A stretch of 13,998 nucleotides of DNA from contig JBHLMQ010000068.1 of NCBI GenBank assembly GCA_048938005.1, positions 1-13,998 of the forward strand. The letters run 5' to 3'. A program made the translations under genes and the position numbers. Position 1 is the first letter of the stretch; each line of letters opens with the position of its first letter. This document shows, one piece after another, positions 1 through 8,619 of the stretch. A model generated the notes under the pieces. The model was given only the letters and a program-made list of their open reading frames with translations. It was not told the origin of the DNA and did not search any database. Origin of the DNA: Promethearchaeota archaeon. Its GTDB lineage: Archaea > Asgardarchaeota > Lokiarchaeia > Sigyniarchaeales > SOKP01.

Positions 1-119
1 TCAATAATACCTTTTGGTCCCAATTTTTTATATGCATACCAAGACCATCCATTAGAAATATTATAAAGCATTTGCAATCTCACCATATCGATCATTTTTG
101 TTGTTAATTCTTTTACCAT
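1..119 (-). CDS. Hypothetical protein, N-terminal part (runs off the window)
   Basis: Manual translation of the minus strand from ATG at 119 gives MVKELTTKMIDMVRLQMLYNISNGWSWYAYKKLGPKGII..., open to the window edge. An SD-like GAGGGAG (134-128) lies 8 nt upstream. Not in the ORF track. Confidence 0.7.
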   Translation of the reverse strand, partial: MVKELTTKMIDMVRLQMLYNISNGWSWYAYKKLGPKGII

Positions 120-201
120 AAATTTATCTCCCTCTAATAATTCGTTTTTGAAAATATCAATTATTTTTGATTAACTTATAGATTTCTATAATATATGTTT
201 A

Positions 202-231
202 ATTAAGATTGAATTTTCAACAAATCTTAAT
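202..231. promoter_or_regulatory. Inverted repeat in the divergent intergenic region, candidate operator
   Basis: ATTAAGATT (202-210) and AATCTTAAT (223-231) are perfect 9-bp arms around a 12-nt spacer. The DNA is AT-rich, so chance is not excluded. Confidence 0.3.
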
Positions 232-360
232 CTGAATAGTAGAAAGTATCCAAAATGAATTATTCAAATATCCTAACAATTTTATATAAATCCATGCATA
301 TGTATAGACAAATGTCAATTAAAAAAATTTGAAATTACTTTTTCGCTATATAGATAGACA

Positions 361-1224
361 ATGAAGAGTATATATACTAAAATTTTCGATATTTTAGAAA
401 TTGGAGATGATTTTCCAACTGTTATTATGGGAGTCATCAATCTCAGCCCAGAATCATTCTATAAGGGTTCTGTTTATGAAGACCCAGAGAGAATCAAAAA
501 AGCAGCACTGGAAATGATAAAAAATGGAGCACAGATATTAGATATAGGTGGACGTTCTACTGCTCCATGGTCTGAAAAAATTACTGTCAAAGAAGAAGTA
601 AATCGAATAAAGATAGCCATTGGTAATGTCTGTAAGATCATTCCAGAGAATGTTATAATATCTGTTGATACTCAATACAGGGAAGTTGCAGAAAATGCTT
701 TTAAAATAGCTTCTAATGAGAGCAGAAAAATCATTATTAACGATGTAAGTTGCTTAAAAACTGATCCTACTTTAGCTGATCTTCTTATTGAAAAAGACCT
801 ACCTCTAATTATCATGGCCTCTAAAAAAGTTCCAGGAGATCTATGTACTATTGAAGAAATAATTGAAGAGTTTAACCGTACCATTAAAAATCTGAAAAAA
901 AAAGGTTATGATGAAAATAAAATCATTATAGATCCTGGAATTGGGCATTGGATTGAGGAAAAAACGCATTTATATGATTTAAAGATAATAGGGAATCTTC
1001 AAAAACTTAAAGAATTGAATAAGCCAATATTAGTAGCAATTTCAAGAAAATCTTTTATTGGTACAGCATTAAATATCCCAGATCCAGAAAATAGATTGAA
1101 TGGAACACTTTCAGCAACAGCAATAGCGGTTTTTAATGGTGCTAATATTGTCCGAACCCATGATGTGAATAAACAGCTTATAGAAATTGTGAAAATGGCT
1201 GAAAAAATTCGAAAAAACAGATAA
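361..1224 (+). CDS. folP: Dihydropteroate synthase (archaeal-type FolP family)
   Basis: Motifs MGVINLSPESF, LDIGGRST, ISVDT, INDVS, IIIDPGIG, SRKSF and IVRTHDV match the DHPS TIM barrel. Confidence 0.92.
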   Translation: MKSIYTKIFDILEIGDDFPTVIMGVINLSPESFYKGSVYEDPERIKKAALEMIKNGAQILDIGGRSTAPWSEKITVKEEVNRIKIAIGNVCKIIPENVIISVDTQYREVAENAFKIASNESRKIIINDVSCLKTDPTLADLLIEKDLPLIIMASKKVPGDLCTIEEIIEEFNRTIKNLKKKGYDENKIIIDPGIGHWIEEKTHLYDLKIIGNLQKLKELNKPILVAISRKSFIGTALNIPDPENRLNGTLSATAIAVFNGANIVRTHDVNKQLIEIVKMAEKIRKNR

Positions 1225-1499
1225 AAATCGATTTTTTTACATAAAATTTACTATTAAAATTAGGGCTAAAAAATTTAAAATCTAATTATTCTTTAAAGTT
1301 TTCAAATAAATCTCTCATAAAGTAAATATATTCCGTTATTTGGCTTATATTTAATAAGATTTATTACTTTTGAATGTTGAAAAAGTGCACATATATTTAA
1401 ATGTGTGAATTACCTTATTTTATATGTATATCGATAAAATATTATGGTATTTTGAATATTTTTATGATAACAAATTAAATCATAAAAGCTTGTTCTCTC

Positions 1500-3524
1500 A
1501 TGGTTGATAAACCCTCTAATCAAAACTCTTATGATGCGGATGATATTAAGGTTTTGAAAGGTTTGGAAGGAGTAAGGAAGAGGCCAGCAATGTATGTGGG
1601 ATCCCGAGGGAAACAAGGATTGCACCATCTCATTTTTGAAGTTTTGGATAATTCTGTCGATGAAGCGATGGGAGGCTATGCCGATGAGATAAAAGTAACC
1701 CTCTACAAGAATAATTCAGTTCAAATATACGATAATGGGCGGGGAATACCCATTGATACCCATCCAGAATATAAAAAACCTGCTCTAGAAGTGATTATGG
1801 AGTATTTGCATTCTGGAGGTAAATTTGATAATAAAAGTTATAAAATTTCAGGTGGTTTACACGGAGTTGGGTTATCAGTTGTTAATGCATTAACAGAATG
1901 GATGGAAGTGGAAGTCTGCCGAGATGGACTCTGTTACAAGCAAAAATTTTCTAAGGGCAAGAAAGCATCAGAACCAAGTATAAATGAAATTAACTCAAAA
2001 GAATCCTATACAAAAATAAAATTTTATCCAGATAGTGAAATTTTTGAATTCGAGCCAAATGAACCAATTTTTAATGAACACACAATAATCACAAGAATGC
2101 GAGAGCTAGCATTTCTTACTCCACATACTAGATTTGAAATTTATAATAAATCAAACAATGAAAAAGAAGAATTTCATTATGAGGGGGGTCTTAAAGAATT
2201 TATATCATATCTAAATAAAGATAAACAACCTTTACATAACGATATTATTTTCATAAGTGATTCCTATAATGATGAGAATGGACAAACGATATACTGTGAT
2301 TTAGCTATGCAATACAACCAAGGATATCAAACTAATATTTTAACTTACGCAAATACAATAAATACTATCGAAGGTGGAGTACATCTAACTGGATTTAAAT
2401 CTGCTTTAACTAGAGTATTTAATTCATACATAGAAAATTTTATGGAGAAAAAATATAAAGATCATGTTTTAAGTGGAAGTGATACACGAGAAGGTTTATC
2501 GGCAATTATTTCCGTTAAACTTCCTGAACCTCAATTTGAAAGTCAAACTAAAATTAAGTTAGGAAATCCTGAAATTAGACAAATTGTAAGCCAAATTGTT
2601 ACTGATAGGTTAACACAATATTTGGAAGAGCACCCAGATACTGCCAAAAAAATTATCTTAAAAAATATTAATGCAAAAATAGCTAGAGAAGCGGCTCAAA
2701 AGGCAAGAGCATTAATTCGGAGAAAATCTGCATTAGATAGTGCTAGAATGCCTGGAAAACTTGCTGATTGTTCATCAAATGATCCAGAACAAGTAGAACT
2801 TTTCATCGTAGAAGGTGATTCTGCAGGTGGACCTGCAAAGCAAGGAAGAGACAGGACATATCAAGCTATTCTTCCAATTAGAGGTAAAATTCTTAACGTT
2901 GAAAAAGCTAGAATAGATAAAGTATTGCAAAATAACGAAATTCAAGCTATTATTAAAGCTTTAGGCGTAGGATTTCAAGAAGCTAACCTGGCAAATGGAA
3001 CTAATGGTGAATTAGAAGAAAACGGAGAGGAAGCTGAAGAAAGCTTTGATTTACGTAAATTGAGGTACCATAAAGTCATAATTATGTGTGATGCAGATAT
3101 TGATGGCTTTCACATCGAAACTTTATTACTCACTTTCTTTTTTAGATATCTAAGACCTTTAATAGATGCAGGTCATCTTTTTATTGCTGTACCTCCCTTA
3201 TACAAAGTGTCTTATAAAAAAACTAAAGAGTATGTTTATTCAGACGATGAAAAAGAAAATCTTATTAAAAACATCAAAGTGAAATACAATTTAAAAAATA
3301 CGGAATCAATAAAAATCCAACGATTTAAAGGTTTAGGGGAGATGAACTCTGATGAGCTTTACGAAACAACTATGAAAAGAGATACTCGAAGACTTAAAAA
3401 AGTCACCTATGAAGATTATTTAGAAAACGATTTAATCTTTACTAAATTGATGGGTAAAGAAGTAAAAGCTCGAAAAAAATTTATTATTAGCAATTTTGAT
3501 GAAGTTAAAACGTTAGATATTTAA
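1500..3524 (+). CDS. gyrB: DNA gyrase subunit B
   Basis: Y-D-A-D-D-I-K-V-L-K-G-L-E-G-V-R-K-R-P-A-M-Y N-terminus. GHKL ATPase motifs EVLDNSVDE, DNGRGIP, HSGGKF and GGLHGVG. TOPRIM motifs EGDSAGG, PIRGKILN and DADIDG. C-terminal QRFKGLGEM. Adjacent to a gyrA carrying a GyrA-box. Confidence 0.96.
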   Translation: MVDKPSNQNSYDADDIKVLKGLEGVRKRPAMYVGSRGKQGLHHLIFEVLDNSVDEAMGGYADEIKVTLYKNNSVQIYDNGRGIPIDTHPEYKKPALEVIMEYLHSGGKFDNKSYKISGGLHGVGLSVVNALTEWMEVEVCRDGLCYKQKFSKGKKASEPSINEINSKESYTKIKFYPDSEIFEFEPNEPIFNEHTIITRMRELAFLTPHTRFEIYNKSNNEKEEFHYEGGLKEFISYLNKDKQPLHNDIIFISDSYNDENGQTIYCDLAMQYNQGYQTNILTYANTINTIEGGVHLTGFKSALTRVFNSYIENFMEKKYKDHVLSGSDTREGLSAIISVKLPEPQFESQTKIKLGNPEIRQIVSQIVTDRLTQYLEEHPDTAKKIILKNINAKIAREAAQKARALIRRKSALDSARMPGKLADCSSNDPEQVELFIVEGDSAGGPAKQGRDRTYQAILPIRGKILNVEKARIDKVLQNNEIQAIIKALGVGFQEANLANGTNGELEENGEEAEESFDLRKLRYHKVIIMCDADIDGFHIETLLLTFFFRYLRPLIDAGHLFIAVPPLYKVSYKKTKEYVYSDDEKENLIKNIKVKYNLKNTESIKIQRFKGLGEMNSDELYETTMKRDTRRLKKVTYEDYLENDLIFTKLMGKEVKARKKFIISNFDEVKTLDI

Positions 3525-3571
3525 TTCTGATTTATTTAATTAAAAAATTTAAAATAAAAAAAGTGTCATAA

Positions 3572-6010
3572 TTGACTTCAGAACAGATTGAAGAGATTTT
3601 GTTAAAAGATGAAATGAAAAGTAGCTATATCGACTATGCAATGAGCGTGGTCGTCGGACGTGCAATCCCAGATGTCAGGGATGGCTTAAAAGTCGTACAC
3701 AGAAGAATTTTATACGCAATGGCAGCCAATAATTGGTATTATACAAGCTCCCACGTCAAGTGCGCTAAAATTGTTGGTGAAACCCTAGGAAATTACCACC
3801 CCCATGGTGATATGGCCGTCTATAATGCTTTAGTTAGAATGGGACAAGATTTTTCTTTAAGATACCCTTTAATCGATCCGCAAGGGAATTTTGGATCGAT
3901 TGATGGAGATCCTCCCGCCGCCTATAGGTATACAGAAGCTAGGTTATCACAAATCTCGAATGAGCTAATTGAGGATATTGATAAAGAAACAGTAGACTTC
4001 CAGCCTAATTTTGATAACAGTACTTCTGAACCATTATATTTACCAGCAAAACTTCCGAATATCCTATTAAATGGTACTAAAGGAATTGCTGTAGGAATGG
4101 CAACATCTATGGCTCCACATAACTTAACAGAAGTGTGTAATGCGATCATTGCAACTATTGACGATCCTGACATTTCCATAGAAGAATTAATGGGAATAAT
4201 TAAAGGTCCTGATTTTCCAACAGGAGGGATTATTACTGATACAAATGGGATATATAATGCATATCATACTGGAAATGGAGCAATAAATATTTGTGGAAAG
4301 ATTGAAACTGAAACAACAGAAAAAAGAACTAGTTTAATTATTACAGAAATTCCATATCTAGTTAATAAAACAGATTTAATCGAATCAATCGCTAAATTAG
4401 TTAAAGATGGGGTACTTAAAGATATTAGAGATTTGCGTGATGAATCCGACAGGAAAGGCATGCGCATTGTATTAGATTTAACTAAAAATGCTCAACCGGT
4501 CATCATAAAAAATATCCTTTTTAAAAGAACTCGTCTTTTTACTACTTATAATATTACTAATCTAGTTCTAATTAAGGAGGGTAGACAGCCAAAAATCCTC
4601 AATTTAAAGGAGATTATTAATGAATATATTGAACATCGATTAGTAATTATCTCTAAAAGAACTGAATATCTTCTTAAGAAAGCACAGGAAAGACTTCACA
4701 GGGTTGAGGGGTTATTAATCGCATTAAATGATATTGATAATGTAGTTAATTTGATTAAGAGCTCTAAAGATACAAATGAAGCAAAAACTAAATTAAAAGC
4801 GACTTATGAGTTAAGTGATATTCAAGTTCAAGCAATTTTAAGTATGCCTTTGTCTCGATTAACTAATTTAGAGCATCAAAAATTGGTTGATGAGCAAAAC
4901 TCTTTACAATCTGACATAATTAAGTATAATAAAATTCTGAAACAAAAGAAACTCCAGTTAAACATAATAAAGAAGGATTTAACTGAATTAATCAAGAAAT
5001 ACGGAGATAAACGCAAAACGGAAATTAAAATGGTTGAACATCATGAAATAAAGGAAATTGAAAAGAAAGATTTAGTTAAAAAAGAAACGACTATTGTTAT
5101 TTTCACGAAAAACCAATATATTAAAAGAATTTCATTAGAAGAATACCAAGCTCAAAGGCGTGGTGGGCGTGGCAAAAGAGGTATGACTGTACGTGAAGAA
5201 GATTTTATCACAGATTTATTTGTTTGTGGTACCCATGATACAATATTAATTTTTACCTCAAAAGGCAGAGTCTATTCAATTATATGCTTCGATATTCCAT
5301 TACAAAAACGAACTGCTCGAGGAAAACCGATAGTTAATTTTATTCCTCTTCAATCAGGAGAAAATATATCCGCTATGATACCAATTAACAACTTCAATAC
5401 AAATGAAATGCTTATTATGACCACAAGGAAAGGTATTATTAAAAAAACTCCTTTAAAACTATTTTCAAAATTGAGGAGTACAGGAGTAAGAGCACAAAGA
5501 ATAAGGGTTGATGATAAGTTAGTAAGCGTTAAAAGGCTCTCAAATGAACTTCAGGATATTTTTATAGCTACCAAATTGGGATATGCAGTTAGATTTGACG
5601 AATCAGAATTAAGAGAATTAGGACGTAATTCAATGGGAGTTAAAGGAGCAGAATTAAGAGAAAATGATGAAGTTATTGATACCCTTCTTGTATCTGATGA
5701 TGATATCATATTAACTCTAACTCAAAATGCATATGGTCAAAGAACCTACGTTAAAGAATATCGTAAAACAGGACGAGGCGCTAAAGGAGTCAAAAACATC
5801 ACATTAGATAAAGTAAAAGATGATGAAGTAATAGCTATTAAAATTGCCAAACATATGGATCTATTAATTGGAACAGAACAAGGACAAATGATAAGGGTAC
5901 CTGTTGATTCAATAAGAATTACTCATAGAACTGCAAAAGGTGTTAGAGTCATTAAATTATATGAGAACGATTTTGTAGTTGCAATTGGAAAATGTGAACA
6001 AGAAACTTAA
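3572..6010 (+). CDS. gyrA: DNA gyrase subunit A (TTG start)
   Basis: SYIDYAMSVVVGRAIPDVRDGLK, YHPHGD, catalytic RYTEARL (Tyr120), GIAVGMAT and GPDFPTGG. The GyrA-box QRRGGRG and five further blade repeats (QKRTARG, KLRSTG, LGRNSMG, TGRGAKG, THRTAKG) indicate gyrase rather than ParC. Confidence 0.96.
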   Translation: MTSEQIEEILLKDEMKSSYIDYAMSVVVGRAIPDVRDGLKVVHRRILYAMAANNWYYTSSHVKCAKIVGETLGNYHPHGDMAVYNALVRMGQDFSLRYPLIDPQGNFGSIDGDPPAAYRYTEARLSQISNELIEDIDKETVDFQPNFDNSTSEPLYLPAKLPNILLNGTKGIAVGMATSMAPHNLTEVCNAIIATIDDPDISIEELMGIIKGPDFPTGGIITDTNGIYNAYHTGNGAINICGKIETETTEKRTSLIITEIPYLVNKTDLIESIAKLVKDGVLKDIRDLRDESDRKGMRIVLDLTKNAQPVIIKNILFKRTRLFTTYNITNLVLIKEGRQPKILNLKEIINEYIEHRLVIISKRTEYLLKKAQERLHRVEGLLIALNDIDNVVNLIKSSKDTNEAKTKLKATYELSDIQVQAILSMPLSRLTNLEHQKLVDEQNSLQSDIIKYNKILKQKKLQLNIIKKDLTELIKKYGDKRKTEIKMVEHHEIKEIEKKDLVKKETTIVIFTKNQYIKRISLEEYQAQRRGGRGKRGMTVREEDFITDLFVCGTHDTILIFTSKGRVYSIICFDIPLQKRTARGKPIVNFIPLQSGENISAMIPINNFNTNEMLIMTTRKGIIKKTPLKLFSKLRSTGVRAQRIRVDDKLVSVKRLSNELQDIFIATKLGYAVRFDESELRELGRNSMGVKGAELRENDEVIDTLLVSDDDIILTLTQNAYGQRTYVKEYRKTGRGAKGVKNITLDKVKDDEVIAIKIAKHMDLLIGTEQGQMIRVPVDSIRITHRTAKGVRVIKLYENDFVVAIGKCEQET

Positions 6011-6149
6011 TTATATTAAAATTTTTTTTCCAATAAAGGGGATAAGACATTTAATAGCATACACAATTTTCTTTTTTTTTTCTTTCATTTTAAATTATAA
6101 GAGGAATATTGAAATTCATTTGAAATTAATAGTTCTTAAAAAATTATTT

Positions 6150-6157
6150 GAGGTGAT
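6150..6157 (+). promoter_or_regulatory. Shine-Dalgarno sequence GAGGTGAT of the USP gene
   Basis: Complementary to the 16S 3' tail AUCACCUC. It lies 5 nt before ATT at 6163. Confidence 0.6.
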
Positions 6158-6162
6158 CAATA

Positions 6163-6612
6163 ATTTATAAAAAAATATTGTTAGCTACTGATGGATCACT
6201 CCATTCTAATAATGCTACTGAACAAGTTATTGAATTTCAAAACCAATGGAATTGCAAAGTAGTAATGTTTCATTCAACTAAGCATCATAAAATTCCAATA
6301 GGGATTTATCCTGATACAAATATTCCTATGGAGATCTATAATAATATAGAAGATATAAGTAAAAAAGCAGGAGAGGCTTTGTTGGATAAAGCAAAAGATA
6401 TCTTTAAAAAAGCAGGATTGAGTGTTGAAACTCGTTTAATTGAAGATATTGCTCCTGAGGTATATATCAGAAGAATTGTAGAAGAAGAAAATTTCGATCT
6501 TGTTGTTTTAGGTTCTAAGGGCCATCATTCTAAATTAAAAGAAATTTTATTAGGAACGGTTGCAACGAGAGTTGTAAATAGTGCTCCTTGTGACGTTTTA
6601 TTAGTAAAGTAG
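6163..6612 (+). CDS. Universal stress protein (UspA family), probable ATT start at 6163 (ORF track: TTG at 6178)
   Basis: (I/M)YKKILLATDGS N-terminus, DLVVLGSKG...LLGTVA ATP-binding-type motif and APCDVLLVK C-terminus. Confidence 0.9.
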   Translation: MYKKILLATDGSLHSNNATEQVIEFQNQWNCKVVMFHSTKHHKIPIGIYPDTNIPMEIYNNIEDISKKAGEALLDKAKDIFKKAGLSVETRLIEDIAPEVYIRRIVEEENFDLVVLGSKGHHSKLKEILLGTVATRVVNSAPCDVLLVK

Positions 6613-6677
6613 TTTGGCATTATCCTCCTAAAAGAAAAAATGGAAAGAGCGCAAAAGAGACTTAAAAATTATTTTTT

Positions 6678-7034
6678 TTATTTTTTAAGATATGGAATAA
6701 GACAGAGAAAAATAAGATTATTTTCACCAATATTGTCTATTCCATGCTTCTCATTAGGGGGGATATATAAAAAATCTCCTATTTTTGCTATTTCTTCTTG
6801 CCCTTCAACATTGTAAAATCTACCAATTCCAGATAAAATGTAAATTTCATGCTCTTCTGGATGATTATGTTGGATAACTTTTGCGCCAGGTTTGATTTCA
6901 AAACGTCTCATAGCAAAGTTCTTAGCTCCTGTTTGTTCATCTATTAGCCATCTTACAAAAACATTTTCTACTAGAGTACCATCCATTAAGGTTGCGGGTT
7001 TTGCTTCTACATCTTTATAATTTTTTTTTAGCAT
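6678..7034 (-). CDS. Cupin domain protein (cupin_2)
   Basis: Motif 1 HNHPEEHEIYILSG and motif 2 GDFLYIPPNEKHG, plus VRWLI...GAKNFAMRRFEIKPG. Confidence 0.9.
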   Translation of the reverse strand: MLKKNYKDVEAKPATLMDGTLVENVFVRWLIDEQTGAKNFAMRRFEIKPGAKVIQHNHPEEHEIYILSGIGRFYNVEGQEEIAKIGDFLYIPPNEKHGIDNIGENNLIFLCLIPYLKK

Positions 7035-7115
7035 AAATAAATAAAAAATCTTAATCTATTAAAATTATATCAAATTAAAATTAAATTGAATTAGCAATCA
7101 TAAGGAATATTAATT

Positions 7116-8036
7116 ATGACTAGTATCTGTTTCGACCAATCTCACAATAACAAACTAACAATTGAAAACACCACTTTCACAGATTTTATCCAGTATTTGT
7201 TCGATTCTGATTTTAAATTAGGAAAAATTGAAGCAGGTATAACTTATAAAAAATTAAATAAATATGACCTTTTTATAATAGGGGTCCCAAGCCTAACTCC
7301 TCTCGATTCTTATGAAATCATTGACTTAGTTAAATATGTTAAGGATGGCGGGAGTCTCCTCGTTATAAACGATGGTGGGGGTGATTATGAAAATAAGAAT
7401 AATTTAACTGAATTAACTAAGAATTTCGGTATAAGTTTTAATTCTGATGTATTATTTGATAATAAAAGTTTCTCAAAAGATAATTCTCATCCGATAATAA
7501 AGGATTTTAAAAGCCATTTTATTACAAGAGATGTTTCTCAAATTATTCACTCTAACGGTTGTACTTTAGTAATAGATAAATCTATTGAGGAAGAAAAAAT
7601 TGATGTTAACAGTATAGCATTTTCTTCTGAAAATACTTCATGGCATAGGTTTTTTACGGGGGATGGTTGGGAGGACAAATCAGAGCAACATCTACCAATT
7701 ATAGGTGTTATCCATTATTATATAGGGAAAGTTGCTGTGATTGGAAATCTTTCAATATTTTCAAGTTTAAACAAATCATATGGGATAAGGTCAGCTGAAA
7801 ACCTTAAATTAGTTTCAAATATGATTACTTGGTTACTAAATAAAGCAGGAACCGAAGAGGAACAATTAGTTAAACCTATTTTCACTTCAGTTGCCATTAA
7901 TCAAGATCTTTTTTATTGGGCTAAAGAAATGATAAATAAAGGAAAATGGAAAAACCTTGATGAAGTAATTAATTTTGCCTTAAAAGTTACAAAAATCAGA
8001 ATGAAAAAAGCTGAGAAGAGTAATGAAGACCGATAA
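7116..8036 (+). CDS. GIFT-domain (GldG/IFT52/DUF4350-like) protein with possible C-terminal ribbon-helix-helix
   Basis: FDQSHN start, L-x-x-YDLFIIGVP, EI..L..YVKDGGSLLVI, NL.EL...FGISFN, H-F-I-T, GKVAVIG and N-x-x-L-x-x-N-x-x-x-W-L are typical of this GATase-like fold. Recognised by eye only. Confidence 0.65.
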   Translation: MTSICFDQSHNNKLTIENTTFTDFIQYLFDSDFKLGKIEAGITYKKLNKYDLFIIGVPSLTPLDSYEIIDLVKYVKDGGSLLVINDGGGDYENKNNLTELTKNFGISFNSDVLFDNKSFSKDNSHPIIKDFKSHFITRDVSQIIHSNGCTLVIDKSIEEEKIDVNSIAFSSENTSWHRFFTGDGWEDKSEQHLPIIGVIHYYIGKVAVIGNLSIFSSLNKSYGIRSAENLKLVSNMITWLLNKAGTEEEQLVKPIFTSVAINQDLFYWAKEMINKGKWKNLDEVINFALKVTKIRMKKAEKSNEDR

Positions 8037-8550
8037 AAAAGAATTACTAATTGGACTTATAGGCGATACACACTTACGCTCAAAAGAGCTTAATATCCCA
8101 CAACAAATAATAGATGATTTTCAAGAAAAATCAGTTGACTACATATTCCATACGGGTGATTTTACTAGCTTTGAAGTTTATAAAAACTTTCAAGATATCT
8201 TTGGAAAGGAAAGAGTTATTGCAGTCAGGGGAAATATGGATGAATCAAAAATATCGAAAGAATTACCTGAGAAAATAGAATTAAATTTATATGGGCATAA
8301 AATCTTTATAACCCATGGTACAGGTGGGCCAAAAAATATTATTGAACAGTTAAATAGAAGATTTGATTTATCTCCATATGATATTATCATTTTTGGCCAT
8401 GCTCATCGTCCCTTCAATGAAATATGGAGAGATGGAAAACTATATATTAGCCCAGGCACGCCAACCGACAAAAGATTTACTGATATTAATTCTTATGGAT
8501 ATCTTAAAATATCTCAAGAAATTGCTGAGCCAAAAATTATTTATTTATAA
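8023..8550 (+). CDS. Metallophosphoesterase, YfcE/MJ0936/Vps29 family
   Basis: Calcineurin-like motifs DTH, HTGD, VRGNMD, THG, FGHAH and SPGT. Overlaps the upstream gene by 14 nt. Confidence 0.9.
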   Translation: MKTDKKELLIGLIGDTHLRSKELNIPQQIIDDFQEKSVDYIFHTGDFTSFEVYKNFQDIFGKERVIAVRGNMDESKISKELPEKIELNLYGHKIFITHGTGGPKNIIEQLNRRFDLSPYDIIIFGHAHRPFNEIWRDGKLYISPGTPTDKRFTDINSYGYLKISQEIAEPKIIYL

Positions 8551-8619
8551 GAAAAGCAATCTCTCAAATAAATAAAGATTTAATTATAACTACAGATCTT
8601 TATTAAATTTGAAGCGATT

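Noticed and set aside
672-884. 70-aa antisense ORF
   Set aside because: Shadow ORF inside folP with no motifs.
1225-1499. Structured ncRNA, tRNA or replication origin upstream of gyrB
   Set aside because: Very AT-rich, with no GC-rich stems, tRNA motifs, DnaA-box clusters or ORB-like repeats recognisable by eye.
1410-1628. 72-aa antisense ORF
   Set aside because: Overlaps the conserved gyrB start on the opposite strand, with no motifs.
3922-4467. Two antisense ORFs (3922-4179 and 4264-4467)
   Set aside because: Shadow ORFs of gyrA.
1500-6010. Topoisomerase IV (parE/parC) assignment or intein in the gyrase genes
   Set aside because: A canonical GyrA-box and six blades are present. Lengths are normal and no intein splicing motifs or large insertions were seen.
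5979-6170. 63-aa ORF overlapping the gyrA end
   Set aside because: It runs through T-rich terminator-like intergenic DNA with I/F/K/L-biased composition and is likely spurious.
8190-8575. ORFs 8190-8390 (-) and 8363-8575 (+)
   Set aside because: Antisense or alternate-frame overlaps of the phosphoesterase gene.
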